Of a DNA stretch of 64,000 nt, positions 20,972 to 31,380 are shown piece after piece; position 1 is the stretch's first letter; each line of letters starts with the position of its first letter. Source of the DNA: Poseidonia sp. (GTDB taxonomy: Archaea; Thermoplasmatota; Poseidoniia; Poseidoniales; Poseidoniaceae); assembly GCA_016778305.1 (NCBI GenBank), contig JADHPT010000009.1:5608-69607 (forward strand), read 5' to 3'. Both the position numbers and the translations under genes were made by a program. The notes beneath the pieces are model-generated. The model was given only the letters and a program-made list of their open reading frames with translations, did no database searches and had not been told where the DNA came from.

Positions 20972-21784
20972 ATGGATTTCAAAGTATTCTTTGCCACCCT
21001 TCTGTTGCTGCCACTATCAGGGTGTTTTGCACCCCTCGACGACGATACAACGACCCTGCGTTTAGCGACAACGACGTCCATGCGCGACTCTGGGCTACTC
21101 GACATACTCGTTGCAGATTTTGAACAACAACACGACCTCCGCGTTGAGTATGTAGCAGTAGGAACGGGGGCTGCCTTGGAACTTGGAGAAAACAAGGACG
21201 TTGACGCCCTGATCGTCCACGCCCCCGAGCAAGAAACAACCTTCATCGAGCAGGGCTTTGGAACGGAACGAACACTCTTGGCGTGGAATTCATTCGTTCT
21301 CCTGTCTCCAATGACCCTACCCGGGCAACTCGAAGATGCTTTTTTTGAAATTCAGAATGAAAGCCACTGCTTCATCTCGCGGGGAGATTTCTCTGGGACC
21401 CACCAGAAAGAACAGGATATCTGGCGCCAATTGAATCAATCACATGACGTCCCCCTCACATCTGATTCAAACGGCGTTCATCCGAGTGGGGATTGGTACC
21501 GCTCAATCGGCCAAGGAATGGGCGCGGCAATCAATATGGCCCACGAGAAAAATTGCATCACGCTCTCAGACCGTGGAACAGCACTTCACTACGAAGACAA
21601 GGTCACACTTGACCGATTTGAATATGATGACGAGATATTGTATAATCCCTATTCCTTCATTTCAATTACGGACCGGCCCGCGGGGCCGAACACGATCTTC
21701 CTTGACTACCTTACAAAGCAAGGAAAGGACATTATTGCAAATTATACGATCGGAGGCGAACCAGCCTTCTTTGTCCCTTCATGA
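20972..21784 (+). CDS. tupA: tungstate ABC transporter substrate-binding lipoprotein
   Basis: LRLATTTS..DSGLL, VGTGAAL, VHAP, FISRGDxSGTHxKE, GQGMG, LSDRGT and NPYS motifs; lipobox LSGC. Confidence 0.9.
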   Translation: MDFKVFFATLLLLPLSGCFAPLDDDTTTLRLATTTSMRDSGLLDILVADFEQQHDLRVEYVAVGTGAALELGENKDVDALIVHAPEQETTFIEQGFGTERTLLAWNSFVLLSPMTLPGQLEDAFFEIQNESHCFISRGDFSGTHQKEQDIWRQLNQSHDVPLTSDSNGVHPSGDWYRSIGQGMGAAINMAHEKNCITLSDRGTALHYEDKVTLDRFEYDDEILYNPYSFISITDRPAGPNTIFLDYLTKQGKDIIANYTIGGEPAFFVPS

Positions 21785-23109
21785 CCCATCCACGAACCGC
21801 TAAGAACGCCTTTGACGAGCGGGTCGTTATCCGACAGACGTTTCCCTTCATGGAGAACGATCACTTCATCTCCCAAGCGCTTGGCCTGAAGGATGTTGTG
21901 AGTGACCATGACGATACACACACCCTCGCCTTTCAACCTGATGAGTTCATCTTCAATCGCCTGAATATGCTTCCATCCAAGATTTGCAGTGCATTCATCA
22001 AGCAATAAGAGAGAAGGAGCGAGCGAAAGCTGGCGTGCTAAGACCAATCGTTGTCGTTCACCACCCGATAGATTGGCTGTCGACTGCTCGCTAAGATGAC
22101 CCAGTGAGAATTTGTTTTGATAGTAAAGAGCCGAAGGGGAAAGGGCAGGGAAGTACTGGGATGAAAAATTGAGTTCTTCAGCGACACTTGGCGTAAGGAG
22201 TACGGGCCGCTGGGGGACGAAAATACAAGCTTCGGGGCCGCACATAACATCGTCTTCCTCGAGACCTGCAAGACAGCGAAGGAGGGTCGACTTCCCTGCG
22301 CCGGATTCTCCAACTACCGAAAGGATGGTGCCAGCTTCGAGCCGAAGGTGAACGTTATCAAGCAGACGATTCTCATCTTTTGTAAGTGAAATGACACGAC
22401 TGGTTGCACCTCTGTAGGGCGTAGCCGCTCCTACCGCTTCACCTTTCAAGACAGGCTTTGTTCGTTTTCGTTGTGTTCTGGCAAAGGATGCAAAGGCTAC
22501 CAATGCAAGGGATAGACCCAAGAGAAGCAGGCCCAAAAGCGCCGCCTGATCCATGTTCCCCTTTGAGGTCTCGAGAACAATACTGGTCGTCATCACTCTG
22601 GTTTTACCAGAAATATTCCCGCCGACCATGATCACAGCACCTACCTCAGCAATCGCTCGTCCAAAGCCCAGGATAACGGCGTGGTAAACTCCATTTATTG
22701 CTAAACCCACCTCCAACATCAACCGCTGTCGAGGAGAAACCCCGAGCGTTCCTAACGTATCGCTGTAATCCTCTCCCACCGCCTCGAAAGCCGACCATGA
22801 ACCACCCCATACCAAAGGCAGAATCAAACACGTTTGGGCAAAGATCATCGCTTCAACAGTGAACAAGAGATCCAGTCCACCAAGGACTCCACTCTTCGAG
22901 AAGAGGGAATAGACGAAGACGCCTACAACAACTGGGGGCAGGCCATAGAGTGCCGTGATGACGGTCTGAAGTTTTGAAAAAAACGATGCATTTTGTCGAG
23001 CGCACCACGCACCGAGAGGCACGCCAATCGCCGCAGCAATCAAGGTCGCAGTACCACTCGTGAGGAAAGTGGTGAAAATCACTTCTTGAAGCACCGCTTC
23101 ATCCACCAT
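21742..23109 (-). CDS. fused tungstate ABC permease (TupB) and ATPase (TupC)
   Basis: N-half has GLPPVVVG and FGRAIAEVGAVIMVGGNI..KTRVMTT; C-half has GESGAGKS, LSGGERQR, LLLLDE and VTHN. Confidence 0.88.
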   Translation of the reverse strand: MVDEAVLQEVIFTTFLTSGTATLIAAAIGVPLGAWCARQNASFFSKLQTVITALYGLPPVVVGVFVYSLFSKSGVLGGLDLLFTVEAMIFAQTCLILPLVWGGSWSAFEAVGEDYSDTLGTLGVSPRQRLMLEVGLAINGVYHAVILGFGRAIAEVGAVIMVGGNISGKTRVMTTSIVLETSKGNMDQAALLGLLLLGLSLALVAFASFARTQRKRTKPVLKGEAVGAATPYRGATSRVISLTKDENRLLDNVHLRLEAGTILSVVGESGAGKSTLLRCLAGLEEDDVMCGPEACIFVPQRPVLLTPSVAEELNFSSQYFPALSPSALYYQNKFSLGHLSEQSTANLSGGERQRLVLARQLSLAPSLLLLDECTANLGWKHIQAIEDELIRLKGEGVCIVMVTHNILQAKRLGDEVIVLHEGKRLSDNDPLVKGVLSGSWMGHEGTKKAGSPPIV

Positions 23110-23185
23110 GGTAGGGCATTGAACAGACCCCCATCATCTTACCGTCTACCCACATCCTCAAACATCACCACGATTTGCCCCTAAC

Positions 23186-24400
23186 ATGGAGGGCGTACCG
23201 TACTTTATTCCCGTAGAGGAAGCTCAATCCATCGCATTCAAAACACCTCCACTCACTGCAGATGAGGAATGTGATTTGGATCGTGCCCACGGGCGTATAT
23301 TATCTCAGGATTTGGTGAGCAAGGTCAACGATCCGCCCTTTGACAATTCATCCATGGACGGATTCGCGTGCCGTCTTAATCCAGGTGCAATCTATCCCCT
23401 AACGTTGAAAATTTCTGGTGTCGTAGCGGCATCGGGGCAGGAAGGTACGAATGTCCTCGGCGAGGGGGAAGCCTTCCGAATCATGACGGGAGCGCCGATG
23501 CCAGAAGGTGCTGATTCAATTTTGCAAATCGAGCGATGCGAGGTTACTGCAGACGAAAGCACCGTTACACTCCTTGAAGCACCAAAGCCACACTTTGTAC
23601 GGAAGATGAGTGAAAATCTCACCGAAGGCGAGGTGACGCTCAAACAAGGAACACTCCTCACTCCTTCGCGAGTGGGCCTGTGTGCAACGATGGGTTACGC
23701 TACAGTGCCCGTGTACAAGCCTCTTGTCGTAGGTATATTGTCAACAGGAGACGAACTCAAAGCACCGGGGTCAGAACTCAAGCGCGGGGAAATTTACGAA
23801 TCAAACTCCTATGGTCTCGCTGGACTCGTTCAATGGATGGGCCATAAAGCCAAACGCTATTCTTCTGTTAACGACTCAATGGATGCGTTACGAACCAGCC
23901 TTGATGCCGCAAGCGATGAATGCGATGTTATTCTCACGTCTGGGGGCGTTTCCATGGGCGAATTCGATTATGTTCGCCGAATCATGGAGGAGGAAGGAGA
24001 CATACATTTCTGGCGCATGAAAATTCGCCCAGGCTCACCACCGCTCTTTGGCACGTGGAAGAGCACGCCCCTTTTCGGACTCCCCGGCAATCCCGTCTCC
24101 AGTCACGTTGTATTCCGGATGCTCGTAGCACCTTACCTTCGCCGAGCACTCAATACCGAGGGTCCTGTAGAGTGGAAGGTTCGAGCAAAATTATGTGATA
24201 AAATCAAGTCTACAAAGGACTGCTTGACCCTGCGCAGAGTCACACTTACTTCCACGGAAGAAGGTATGATGGCTCACCAGCCACGCCACCAAGGCTCGGG
24301 TAATTTGGAAAGCCTTGCAAGCGCAGACGCCCTTACACTCCTACAGCCCGGTCAATCTGGCGATGTTGGCGAATGGATCGATGTTCTGGTGATAGAATGA
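23186..24400 (+). CDS. moeA: molybdopterin molybdotransferase
   Basis: PPFDNSSMDGFA, IMTGAPMP, STGDEL, TSGGVSMG and GLPGNPVS motifs. Confidence 0.95.
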   Translation: MEGVPYFIPVEEAQSIAFKTPPLTADEECDLDRAHGRILSQDLVSKVNDPPFDNSSMDGFACRLNPGAIYPLTLKISGVVAASGQEGTNVLGEGEAFRIMTGAPMPEGADSILQIERCEVTADESTVTLLEAPKPHFVRKMSENLTEGEVTLKQGTLLTPSRVGLCATMGYATVPVYKPLVVGILSTGDELKAPGSELKRGEIYESNSYGLAGLVQWMGHKAKRYSSVNDSMDALRTSLDAASDECDVILTSGGVSMGEFDYVRRIMEEEGDIHFWRMKIRPGSPPLFGTWKSTPLFGLPGNPVSSHVVFRMLVAPYLRRALNTEGPVEWKVRAKLCDKIKSTKDCLTLRRVTLTSTEEGMMAHQPRHQGSGNLESLASADALTLLQPGQSGDVGEWIDVLVIE

Positions 24401-25272
24401 AACACGTCGCCGAACACGAAACCGTTCTGTTGACGGTTCTCGAAGCCATGTATCCAGTAACGAGCATGTCAAAACTGAGGAAAATGCTGACTCAAGGGCG
24501 CGTTGAAGTCAACCAAGAAGTTCAACACCGAGCGAAACATGAAATTCACCCCGGCGATATCATCGTAATTCTTGACCATCAAAAAGCGATAGAACAAACA
24601 CCACCCCCGGAATCAAAGAAGAAAATTGATCTCGACGTTCTGTTTGAGGATGACTTTCTGTTGGTTGTCAACAAAGCCGCACACCTTCTTTCCATCGCTA
24701 CCGATAAATTGGAAATGGACACACTCCACAGCCGATGTGTAGACTATTTGCGGCAACACGATGCCGATGCTTGGTGCTTTATTGTCCACCGACTCGATAG
24801 AGAGACCTCCGGAGTCATGGTCTTTGCAAAATCCAAACATACCAAAAACCATCTTCAAGAACAATTCAGTGAACGTGAAGTACATCGCCAATATCTTGCC
24901 TTGGTTGAAGGAACGCCACAACAGCAACATGGAAGCATCAATACCTGGCTCATGGAAGACAAATTTCTCAACGTAAAAGCAGTGAATTCAAAACACCCGA
25001 AGGGCAAAGAGGCCATATCTCACTATCGTGTGATCGAAGCTAACGAAGTGCTGGCACTCGTCGAAGTAGAAATTGAGACGGGACGGCGCCATCAAATTCG
25101 CATGGCGATGCAGTACCTCGGAACACCTGTTGTTGGGGATGAACTCCACGGGGCTGAAACCAACCCTCATGGCAGGCTCATGCTCCACGCCCACGCCCTT
25201 GAATTCCTCCACCCAGAGCACGACGATCCCGTTCGTTTTGAGGCAGCCCCGCCCCGCTCTTTCAAGGTGTGA
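24397..25272 (+). CDS. RluA/RluD family pseudouridine synthase with S4 domain
   Basis: VHRLDRETSG, TGRRHQIR, PVVGD and LMLHA motifs. Confidence 0.93.
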   Translation: MKHVAEHETVLLTVLEAMYPVTSMSKLRKMLTQGRVEVNQEVQHRAKHEIHPGDIIVILDHQKAIEQTPPPESKKKIDLDVLFEDDFLLVVNKAAHLLSIATDKLEMDTLHSRCVDYLRQHDADAWCFIVHRLDRETSGVMVFAKSKHTKNHLQEQFSEREVHRQYLALVEGTPQQQHGSINTWLMEDKFLNVKAVNSKHPKGKEAISHYRVIEANEVLALVEVEIETGRRHQIRMAMQYLGTPVVGDELHGAETNPHGRLMLHAHALEFLHPEHDDPVRFEAAPPRSFKV

Positions 25273-25358
25273 AGGAAGAAACTGGCCGACTTCCACAGTT
25301 GCTGCGAAAGCAGGACTTGAAGAACTGTTGACGCCCCGCTAAGCACAGAGGGTCGCCT

Positions 25359-28298
25359 TTGAGTAAAGCAGGTGATGACGGCTGGATTGAAATCCGAGGG
25401 GCTCGCACTCACAACCTCCAAGACGTTTCAGTGAACCTTCCTAAGGGTCAATTTGTCGTTATCTCAGGTGTATCTGGTTCGGGCAAATCGAGCCTGGCCT
25501 TTGACACGCTGTATGCAGAAGGACAACGGCGCTACGTTGAGAGCCTGTCGTCCTATGCCCGCCAATTTATCGGGCAGATGAAAAAAGCGGACTGCGATTC
25601 TATTGAAGGCCTCTCTCCCGCCATTTCCATCGATCAAAAACAAGGCAGCCATAACCCCCGTTCAACGGTGGCAACGGTTACGGAAATCCAAGATTACCTC
25701 CGCCTGTTGTGGGCGCGAATTGGGAAGCCACACTGTCCAACCTGCGGCAAAGAAGTTGCACGCAGAACCGTACAGGAAATCGTTGATGATATCTTCTGGA
25801 AGATGGAAGGCCACGGAATCGCCGTTTGGAGCCCAGTGGTTCGGGCACGCAAAGGGACGCACGTCGATTTATTCCGCCAACTGGTTGAGCAAGGTTACCT
25901 GAACGGCCGAGTCAACGGGCACGAGACACCCTTCGAGACACCACCAACTCTTGACAAAAACTTCCGTCACGATATCGACGTACGAATCGATCGCCTCCGA
26001 TGCACGCGAGACCGAAAGCAACGGTTGACTGAAGCCGTTGAATCTGCCTTGCGTTTGGGTGGCGGCACCTTGGCCGTCGAGAGTTTGGAGGCACCCTCCG
26101 AAGGAAGTGTCACGACCAAGAATTCACGCTCCTATGAAACCGAACAGGGTCAAACCATTGCCTGGTCGGAAGATTTTGCTTGCCCCGACCACGGCGCATT
26201 CATGCCCGAACTATCGCCCCGAGTGTTTTCCTTCAATTCTCCACTCGGTGCTTGTGAGACCTGCCAGGGCTTGGGCGTTCAACGCCAATTCAATACCGAA
26301 CTCATCGTTGATCACACTCTCAGTGTTGCCAACGGGTGCGTCGTACCTTGGCGCCAATCGATGTCTCCCTCATGGTATCGGAAATTATTGGAATGTACGT
26401 GCAATCATTATGGGATATCAACAACGCTTCCCTTCGAGCTGCTTGATGAAGACGAGCAAGACATCCTCCTGCACGGTTCAGGGTCAACCATCATCCACTT
26501 CGAATTCACCTCGGAAAACGGCTCCCAATACAAGTATAGCAAACCATGGGAAGGCATCATCCCTCGTCTAGAGAAAACGTATACTGAGACTACATCCGAA
26601 CGCTCAAGAAACCGATTGATTGCTTGCATGACCGACCTTGACTGCCCGGAATGCAACGGTGAGAAACTCAATCGCGCTGCTCGCTACGTCACCGTTGGAG
26701 GCATACGCCTCCCTGAAGTAAGCCAGTGTTCGGTTCATGACGCACTTGGTTTGGTACGCGCTTGGGACCCCGAAGGCGACGGCCCGCCGGACGCCTATCA
26801 GGACATTCTTGAAGCCCTTGACGAACGAAGCATGTTCATCGGAACTGAAATTATCAAGGAAATCGAGAATCGGTTGGGCTTCCTTGACAGCGTTGGCTTA
26901 GACTATCTGACCCTTGACAGGAAAGCGAACACACTCTCCGGGGGTGAAAGTCAACGCATCCGCCTTGCAACGCAAATCGGCAGTAGACTTACGGGCGTCA
27001 TGTACGTTCTCGATGAACCCTCGATCGGATTGCATCAGCGGGATAATGCCCGACTTCTCGCCACCCTTCGCGAACTCAGCGATTTGGGCAATACACTGTT
27101 GGTTGTTGAACACGATGAAGACACTCTCCGACAGGCCGACTGGCTGTGCGATCTCGGCCCGGGAGCCGGACTCGAAGGAGGCCTCATCGTTGCAAACGGG
27201 ACGCCAGAAGAAGTCATGAAGACAGAAGCATCGATTACCGGTGCTTACTTGAGTGGTCGACGAAGCATTCCTTGGCCAGAACAACGGACGCGGCCAGGCA
27301 AAAAGAAACTCACCATCAAAGGCGCGAGCCATAACAATCTTCAGAACATCACGGCATCCTTCCCCCTCGGCTGTATGACGGCCGTGACTGGAGTCTCAGG
27401 GTCTGGAAAGTCGTCCCTTGTATCGGGAATTCTTGCACCCGCTCTTTTACGAGAAGTGCACCGAGCCGAGACTCTTCCTGGACGGCACACCTCCGTCAAC
27501 GGAATGGAATACGTTGACAAAACCATCATCATCGACCAGTCCCCTATTGGACGAACCCCTCGCTCAAATCCAGCGACCTACACCAAAGTATTCGATGAGA
27601 TACGCAACCTCTTCGCCGATACCAAATTGTCGAAAGAACGAGGTTACAAGCCAGGGCAATTCAGTTTCAACGTCAAAGGCGGACGTTGCGAAGCGTGCAG
27701 AGGGGGAGGCTCAATCAAACTCGAGATGAACTTCCTACCCGATGTCTGGATTACCTGCGATATCTGTGACGGCAAGCGGTATACCAGAGAATGTTTGGAG
27801 GTCACGTGGAAAGGACGCAACATCCACGATGTCTTGCAGATGCCGGTTGCAGACGCCGTTGATTTTTTCAAACACCATCGCAAGATACAACGCACTCTTG
27901 AGACCCTCAATGCCGTAGGTCTGGGTTACATCCGCCTCGGGCAACCCGCAACGACCCTTTCGGGCGGCGAAGCTCAACGTGTCAAACTCGCAAGCGAGTT
28001 GCGAAGGATGCCCAACAAACACACCGTTTACATTCTCGACGAACCAACCACTGGCCTGTCATTCAGCGATGTTGCCAAACTGATCAGCGTCCTCCACCAA
28101 CTCAGAGACAAGGGCCACACCATTATCGTCATTGAACACCATCTCGACGTGGTGAAATCTTGTGATTGGGTCATCGACCTCGGTCCTGACGGTGGAGAAC
28201 GGGGAGGCCAGTTGATTGCAAGTGGCACACCCGAAGAGATTTCGAAGGCTACAGAAAGCGCTACAGGCCATTTCCTGGCGAAAATGTTGGAACAATAG
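25359..28298 (+). CDS. uvrA: excinuclease ABC subunit A
   Basis: Two GVSGSGKSS Walker A motifs, YAEGQRRY, LSGGESQR/LSGGEAQR and zinc fingers. Confidence 0.97.
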   Translation: MSKAGDDGWIEIRGARTHNLQDVSVNLPKGQFVVISGVSGSGKSSLAFDTLYAEGQRRYVESLSSYARQFIGQMKKADCDSIEGLSPAISIDQKQGSHNPRSTVATVTEIQDYLRLLWARIGKPHCPTCGKEVARRTVQEIVDDIFWKMEGHGIAVWSPVVRARKGTHVDLFRQLVEQGYLNGRVNGHETPFETPPTLDKNFRHDIDVRIDRLRCTRDRKQRLTEAVESALRLGGGTLAVESLEAPSEGSVTTKNSRSYETEQGQTIAWSEDFACPDHGAFMPELSPRVFSFNSPLGACETCQGLGVQRQFNTELIVDHTLSVANGCVVPWRQSMSPSWYRKLLECTCNHYGISTTLPFELLDEDEQDILLHGSGSTIIHFEFTSENGSQYKYSKPWEGIIPRLEKTYTETTSERSRNRLIACMTDLDCPECNGEKLNRAARYVTVGGIRLPEVSQCSVHDALGLVRAWDPEGDGPPDAYQDILEALDERSMFIGTEIIKEIENRLGFLDSVGLDYLTLDRKANTLSGGESQRIRLATQIGSRLTGVMYVLDEPSIGLHQRDNARLLATLRELSDLGNTLLVVEHDEDTLRQADWLCDLGPGAGLEGGLIVANGTPEEVMKTEASITGAYLSGRRSIPWPEQRTRPGKKKLTIKGASHNNLQNITASFPLGCMTAVTGVSGSGKSSLVSGILAPALLREVHRAETLPGRHTSVNGMEYVDKTIIIDQSPIGRTPRSNPATYTKVFDEIRNLFADTKLSKERGYKPGQFSFNVKGGRCEACRGGGSIKLEMNFLPDVWITCDICDGKRYTRECLEVTWKGRNIHDVLQMPVADAVDFFKHHRKIQRTLETLNAVGLGYIRLGQPATTLSGGEAQRVKLASELRRMPNKHTVYILDEPTTGLSFSDVAKLISVLHQLRDKGHTIIVIEHHLDVVKSCDWVIDLGPDGGERGGQLIASGTPEEISKATESATGHFLAKMLEQ

Positions 28299-28362
28299 AC
28301 GCCGCAGACTACAAAGAGCGCATGGAACAACATCCGCATGCCCAACGGGCACGGTGCTTCCT

Positions 28363-31300
28363 ATGCCAATGACACGGGTTGAGATTACACCGAGAGAGGG
28401 TGAGGGTATGCGCGACGTCCGAGGGGACGTCGTTCGCCGCCAATTGCACGCAGACCACGGCTGCAACGTTCACCGCGTTCGCTCGATTTGCGGCTATCTC
28501 ATTCAAGGTGAGACGACAGCGGAAGCAATTGCTGCACGAGTAGACGACCTGTTCGCCGACCCCATTATTGAACACGGCGCAGCGAACACGCTCTTCCTCT
28601 CGACAGATTTGTTTGACCAAACTCCCGACATGGTCGTGACCGTCGGCTTCAAACCGGGCGTTACCGACAATCCCGGAAAGGCAGCAACCGACGGCTACCT
28701 CACACTCTTTCCCGAGGATACTGAGGCCAAGATATCAACCTACACAACCTATGCATTTTACGGAGCAGGGGACCTCGACCCGACGTGGCTTGCTGGGACG
28801 CTTCATAACGGCCTCATCGAACGTGCGTTGGTGGCAGATCAAGCGGCATGTCAGGCAGGAGCCTGGCCCGCGCTTGACTACCCAACGCCTCCCGAACAAG
28901 TCTTCATCCAACCGAAAACCATCGACCTGGAGTGCGACGATGAGACCCTTGAAAGGATCTCAACGGAAGGACTCTTGGCGCTGAATTTGGAGGAAATGCA
29001 CGCCATACAAGCCCACTACCGTGACGAAGAGATTCGTGCCCTGCGCACCACACACAACATTTCACCCGATGCACCAACCGATGTAGAACTCGAATGTCTT
29101 GCTCAGACCTGGAGTGAGCACTGCAAACACAAAATCTTCGCTTCCCGCATTCATCACGTCGACCATGAGACAGGAGAGGACACTGTCATCGACTCACTCT
29201 TTAAGACACACATTATGACGCCAACTCACGACATGCAAAAGGACGTGGACTGGCTCCTCTCAGTCTTCCATGACAACTCTGGCGTCATCGCTTGGGACGA
29301 CACGTGGAGTGTTTGTATGAAGGCAGAAACCCACAATTCTCCTTCAGCACTTGACCCGTACGGAGGCGCTATGACTGGAATTGTTGGAGTCAATCGCGAC
29401 ATCCTCGGAACGGGTTTGGGCGCTCGCCCGATAGCAAATACCGATGTATTTTGCTTCGGACCACCCAATTGGGAAGGGACCTTGCCCGACAACCTCTTCC
29501 ATCCCTCGAGGGTTCTACGAGGCGTCCACGCAGGTGTTCGGGTTGGAGGCAATGAGTCAGGCATTCCCACGGTCAACGGAGCGATCGTCTTTGACGACCG
29601 CTACATCGGTAAACCTCTCGTCTACTGCGGTACAGTCGGCATCATGCCCCGGCACCTCCCCGACGGGCGCCCTTCACACATCAAAACCCCCGTTGCGGGA
29701 GATATTGTCTACATGGTCGGAGGGCGGGTTGGCTACGATGGAATCCACGGTGCAACCTTCTCATCCCTTGAACTGACAGAAGAATCCCCGTCCAGCGCTG
29801 TTCAAATTGGCGACCCCATTACACAGAAGAAAATGGTTGATATGATTCTCGAGGCGCGGGATGAAGGATTGATCAGCTGCATTACCGATAACGGGGCAGG
29901 CGGACTCTCCTCGTCGATTGGTGAAATGGCTGAATACACCAATGGATGCGAAATTGACCTTGCGACAGTTCCTTTGAAACAAGCCGGACTGTCACCTTGG
30001 GAGATTCTTGTTTCAGAAAGCCAAGAACGGATGACAGTTGCCGTTCGCCCGGCCGATCAAACAGCCTTTGAGGCGCTTGCAAATTTACATGAAGTCGAGG
30101 CAACGCCCGTGGCCACCTTCACATCCACTGGTATGTTCCACGTTCGTTATGGGGAGGAAACGGTGGCGTACCTCCCCATTGATTTCCTTCACGACGGCGT
30201 TCCACAACTTCAACTGGAATCGGAATGGACTCCGCCGCAACAAAGGCCCTTTGTAACGCCGAATGAAGCAGATCACAATGAATTGCTTTCATCCATGCTC
30301 CAACGCCCCAACATTGCCAGCAAAGAGACATGGGTTCGTCAGTACGACCACGAAGTCATCGCTCAAACAGCGATCAAGCCCTTCGTCGGTGTTGAACGAG
30401 ATGGCCCTGGCGACGCGGGCGTCATCGCGCCGCTCCACGGCGACCCCCACGGACTCGTCATCTCGTGTGGAATTGCACCGCGATATTCAGACATTGACGC
30501 CGGTGCAATGGCCGCAGCAGCAATTGATGAAGCGGTACGAAACGCCGTTTGCGTCGGACTTGACGTTGACAAAATGGCTGGCCTTGACAACTTTTGTTGG
30601 CCCGATCCGATCGAATCAGTGAAGACCCCCGACGGCCGTTTCAAACTGGCCCAACTCGTTCGAGCCAATCGCGAACTGGAACGAGTATGTCGTGCGTACC
30701 GACTTCCTTGTGTAAGCGGAAAGGATTCGATGAAGAATGATTATGGAAGCGGCAAGGATAAAATCTCCATTCCGCCAACCCTTTTGTTCTCCTTATTTGG
30801 CGACCATCCCGATGTACGCAAGAGTGCAACGAGTGATTTCAAAGAGGCTGGCGACCGAATTTATCTGGTCGGGCATTCACAACAGGAATTGGGAGCAAGC
30901 GAACTATCTTTCATGATGCGAGAACGGAATCCGGCCAACGGTATTGGTGGCAATGTCCCCCTCCTGCTCAACCCCGAACAAAATTTAGCCACCTATCGCC
31001 AACTTTCGACAACCATCCATCAAGGCTGGGTTAAAACAGCCCACGATTGCAGTGAAGGAGGCCTTGCAGTAGCTCTGGCTGAAATGTGCATCGGCGGACG
31101 CATTGGGGCGAAGGTTGACATCGATGGAACAGGAGACGGAGACCTGTGGGCTCGACTTTGGGGAGAGTCTCTTGGACGTATCGTGGTAGCGGTCAAACCT
31201 GAACATGAATCAGACTTCTTGGCTACCATGAAAGGTCACCCTACGACGATCTTAGGCGAGGTAACTCCATCTTCAGCTCTTGAGATGGTCGATGGCGAAA

Positions 31301-31380
31301 CCACCCTCATATCAAGCGACATCAACGTATTAGCGGACGCATGGAAAGGCACGTTGGACATGACCGGGGGGGTTGCGTGA
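28363..31380 (+). CDS. purL: phosphoribosylformylglycinamidine synthase PurL with N-terminal PurS-like domains
   Basis: QTWSEHCKHK, KAETHNSPS, DGIHGA, DNGAGG, SESQERM, QYDHEV and HDCSEGG motifs. Confidence 0.95.
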   Translation: MPMTRVEITPREGEGMRDVRGDVVRRQLHADHGCNVHRVRSICGYLIQGETTAEAIAARVDDLFADPIIEHGAANTLFLSTDLFDQTPDMVVTVGFKPGVTDNPGKAATDGYLTLFPEDTEAKISTYTTYAFYGAGDLDPTWLAGTLHNGLIERALVADQAACQAGAWPALDYPTPPEQVFIQPKTIDLECDDETLERISTEGLLALNLEEMHAIQAHYRDEEIRALRTTHNISPDAPTDVELECLAQTWSEHCKHKIFASRIHHVDHETGEDTVIDSLFKTHIMTPTHDMQKDVDWLLSVFHDNSGVIAWDDTWSVCMKAETHNSPSALDPYGGAMTGIVGVNRDILGTGLGARPIANTDVFCFGPPNWEGTLPDNLFHPSRVLRGVHAGVRVGGNESGIPTVNGAIVFDDRYIGKPLVYCGTVGIMPRHLPDGRPSHIKTPVAGDIVYMVGGRVGYDGIHGATFSSLELTEESPSSAVQIGDPITQKKMVDMILEARDEGLISCITDNGAGGLSSSIGEMAEYTNGCEIDLATVPLKQAGLSPWEILVSESQERMTVAVRPADQTAFEALANLHEVEATPVATFTSTGMFHVRYGEETVAYLPIDFLHDGVPQLQLESEWTPPQQRPFVTPNEADHNELLSSMLQRPNIASKETWVRQYDHEVIAQTAIKPFVGVERDGPGDAGVIAPLHGDPHGLVISCGIAPRYSDIDAGAMAAAAIDEAVRNAVCVGLDVDKMAGLDNFCWPDPIESVKTPDGRFKLAQLVRANRELERVCRAYRLPCVSGKDSMKNDYGSGKDKISIPPTLLFSLFGDHPDVRKSATSDFKEAGDRIYLVGHSQQELGASELSFMMRERNPANGIGGNVPLLLNPEQNLATYRQLSTTIHQGWVKTAHDCSEGGLAVALAEMCIGGRIGAKVDIDGTGDGDLWARLWGESLGRIVVAVKPEHESDFLATMKGHPTTILGEVTPSSALEMVDGETTLISSDINVLADAWKGTLDMTGGVA

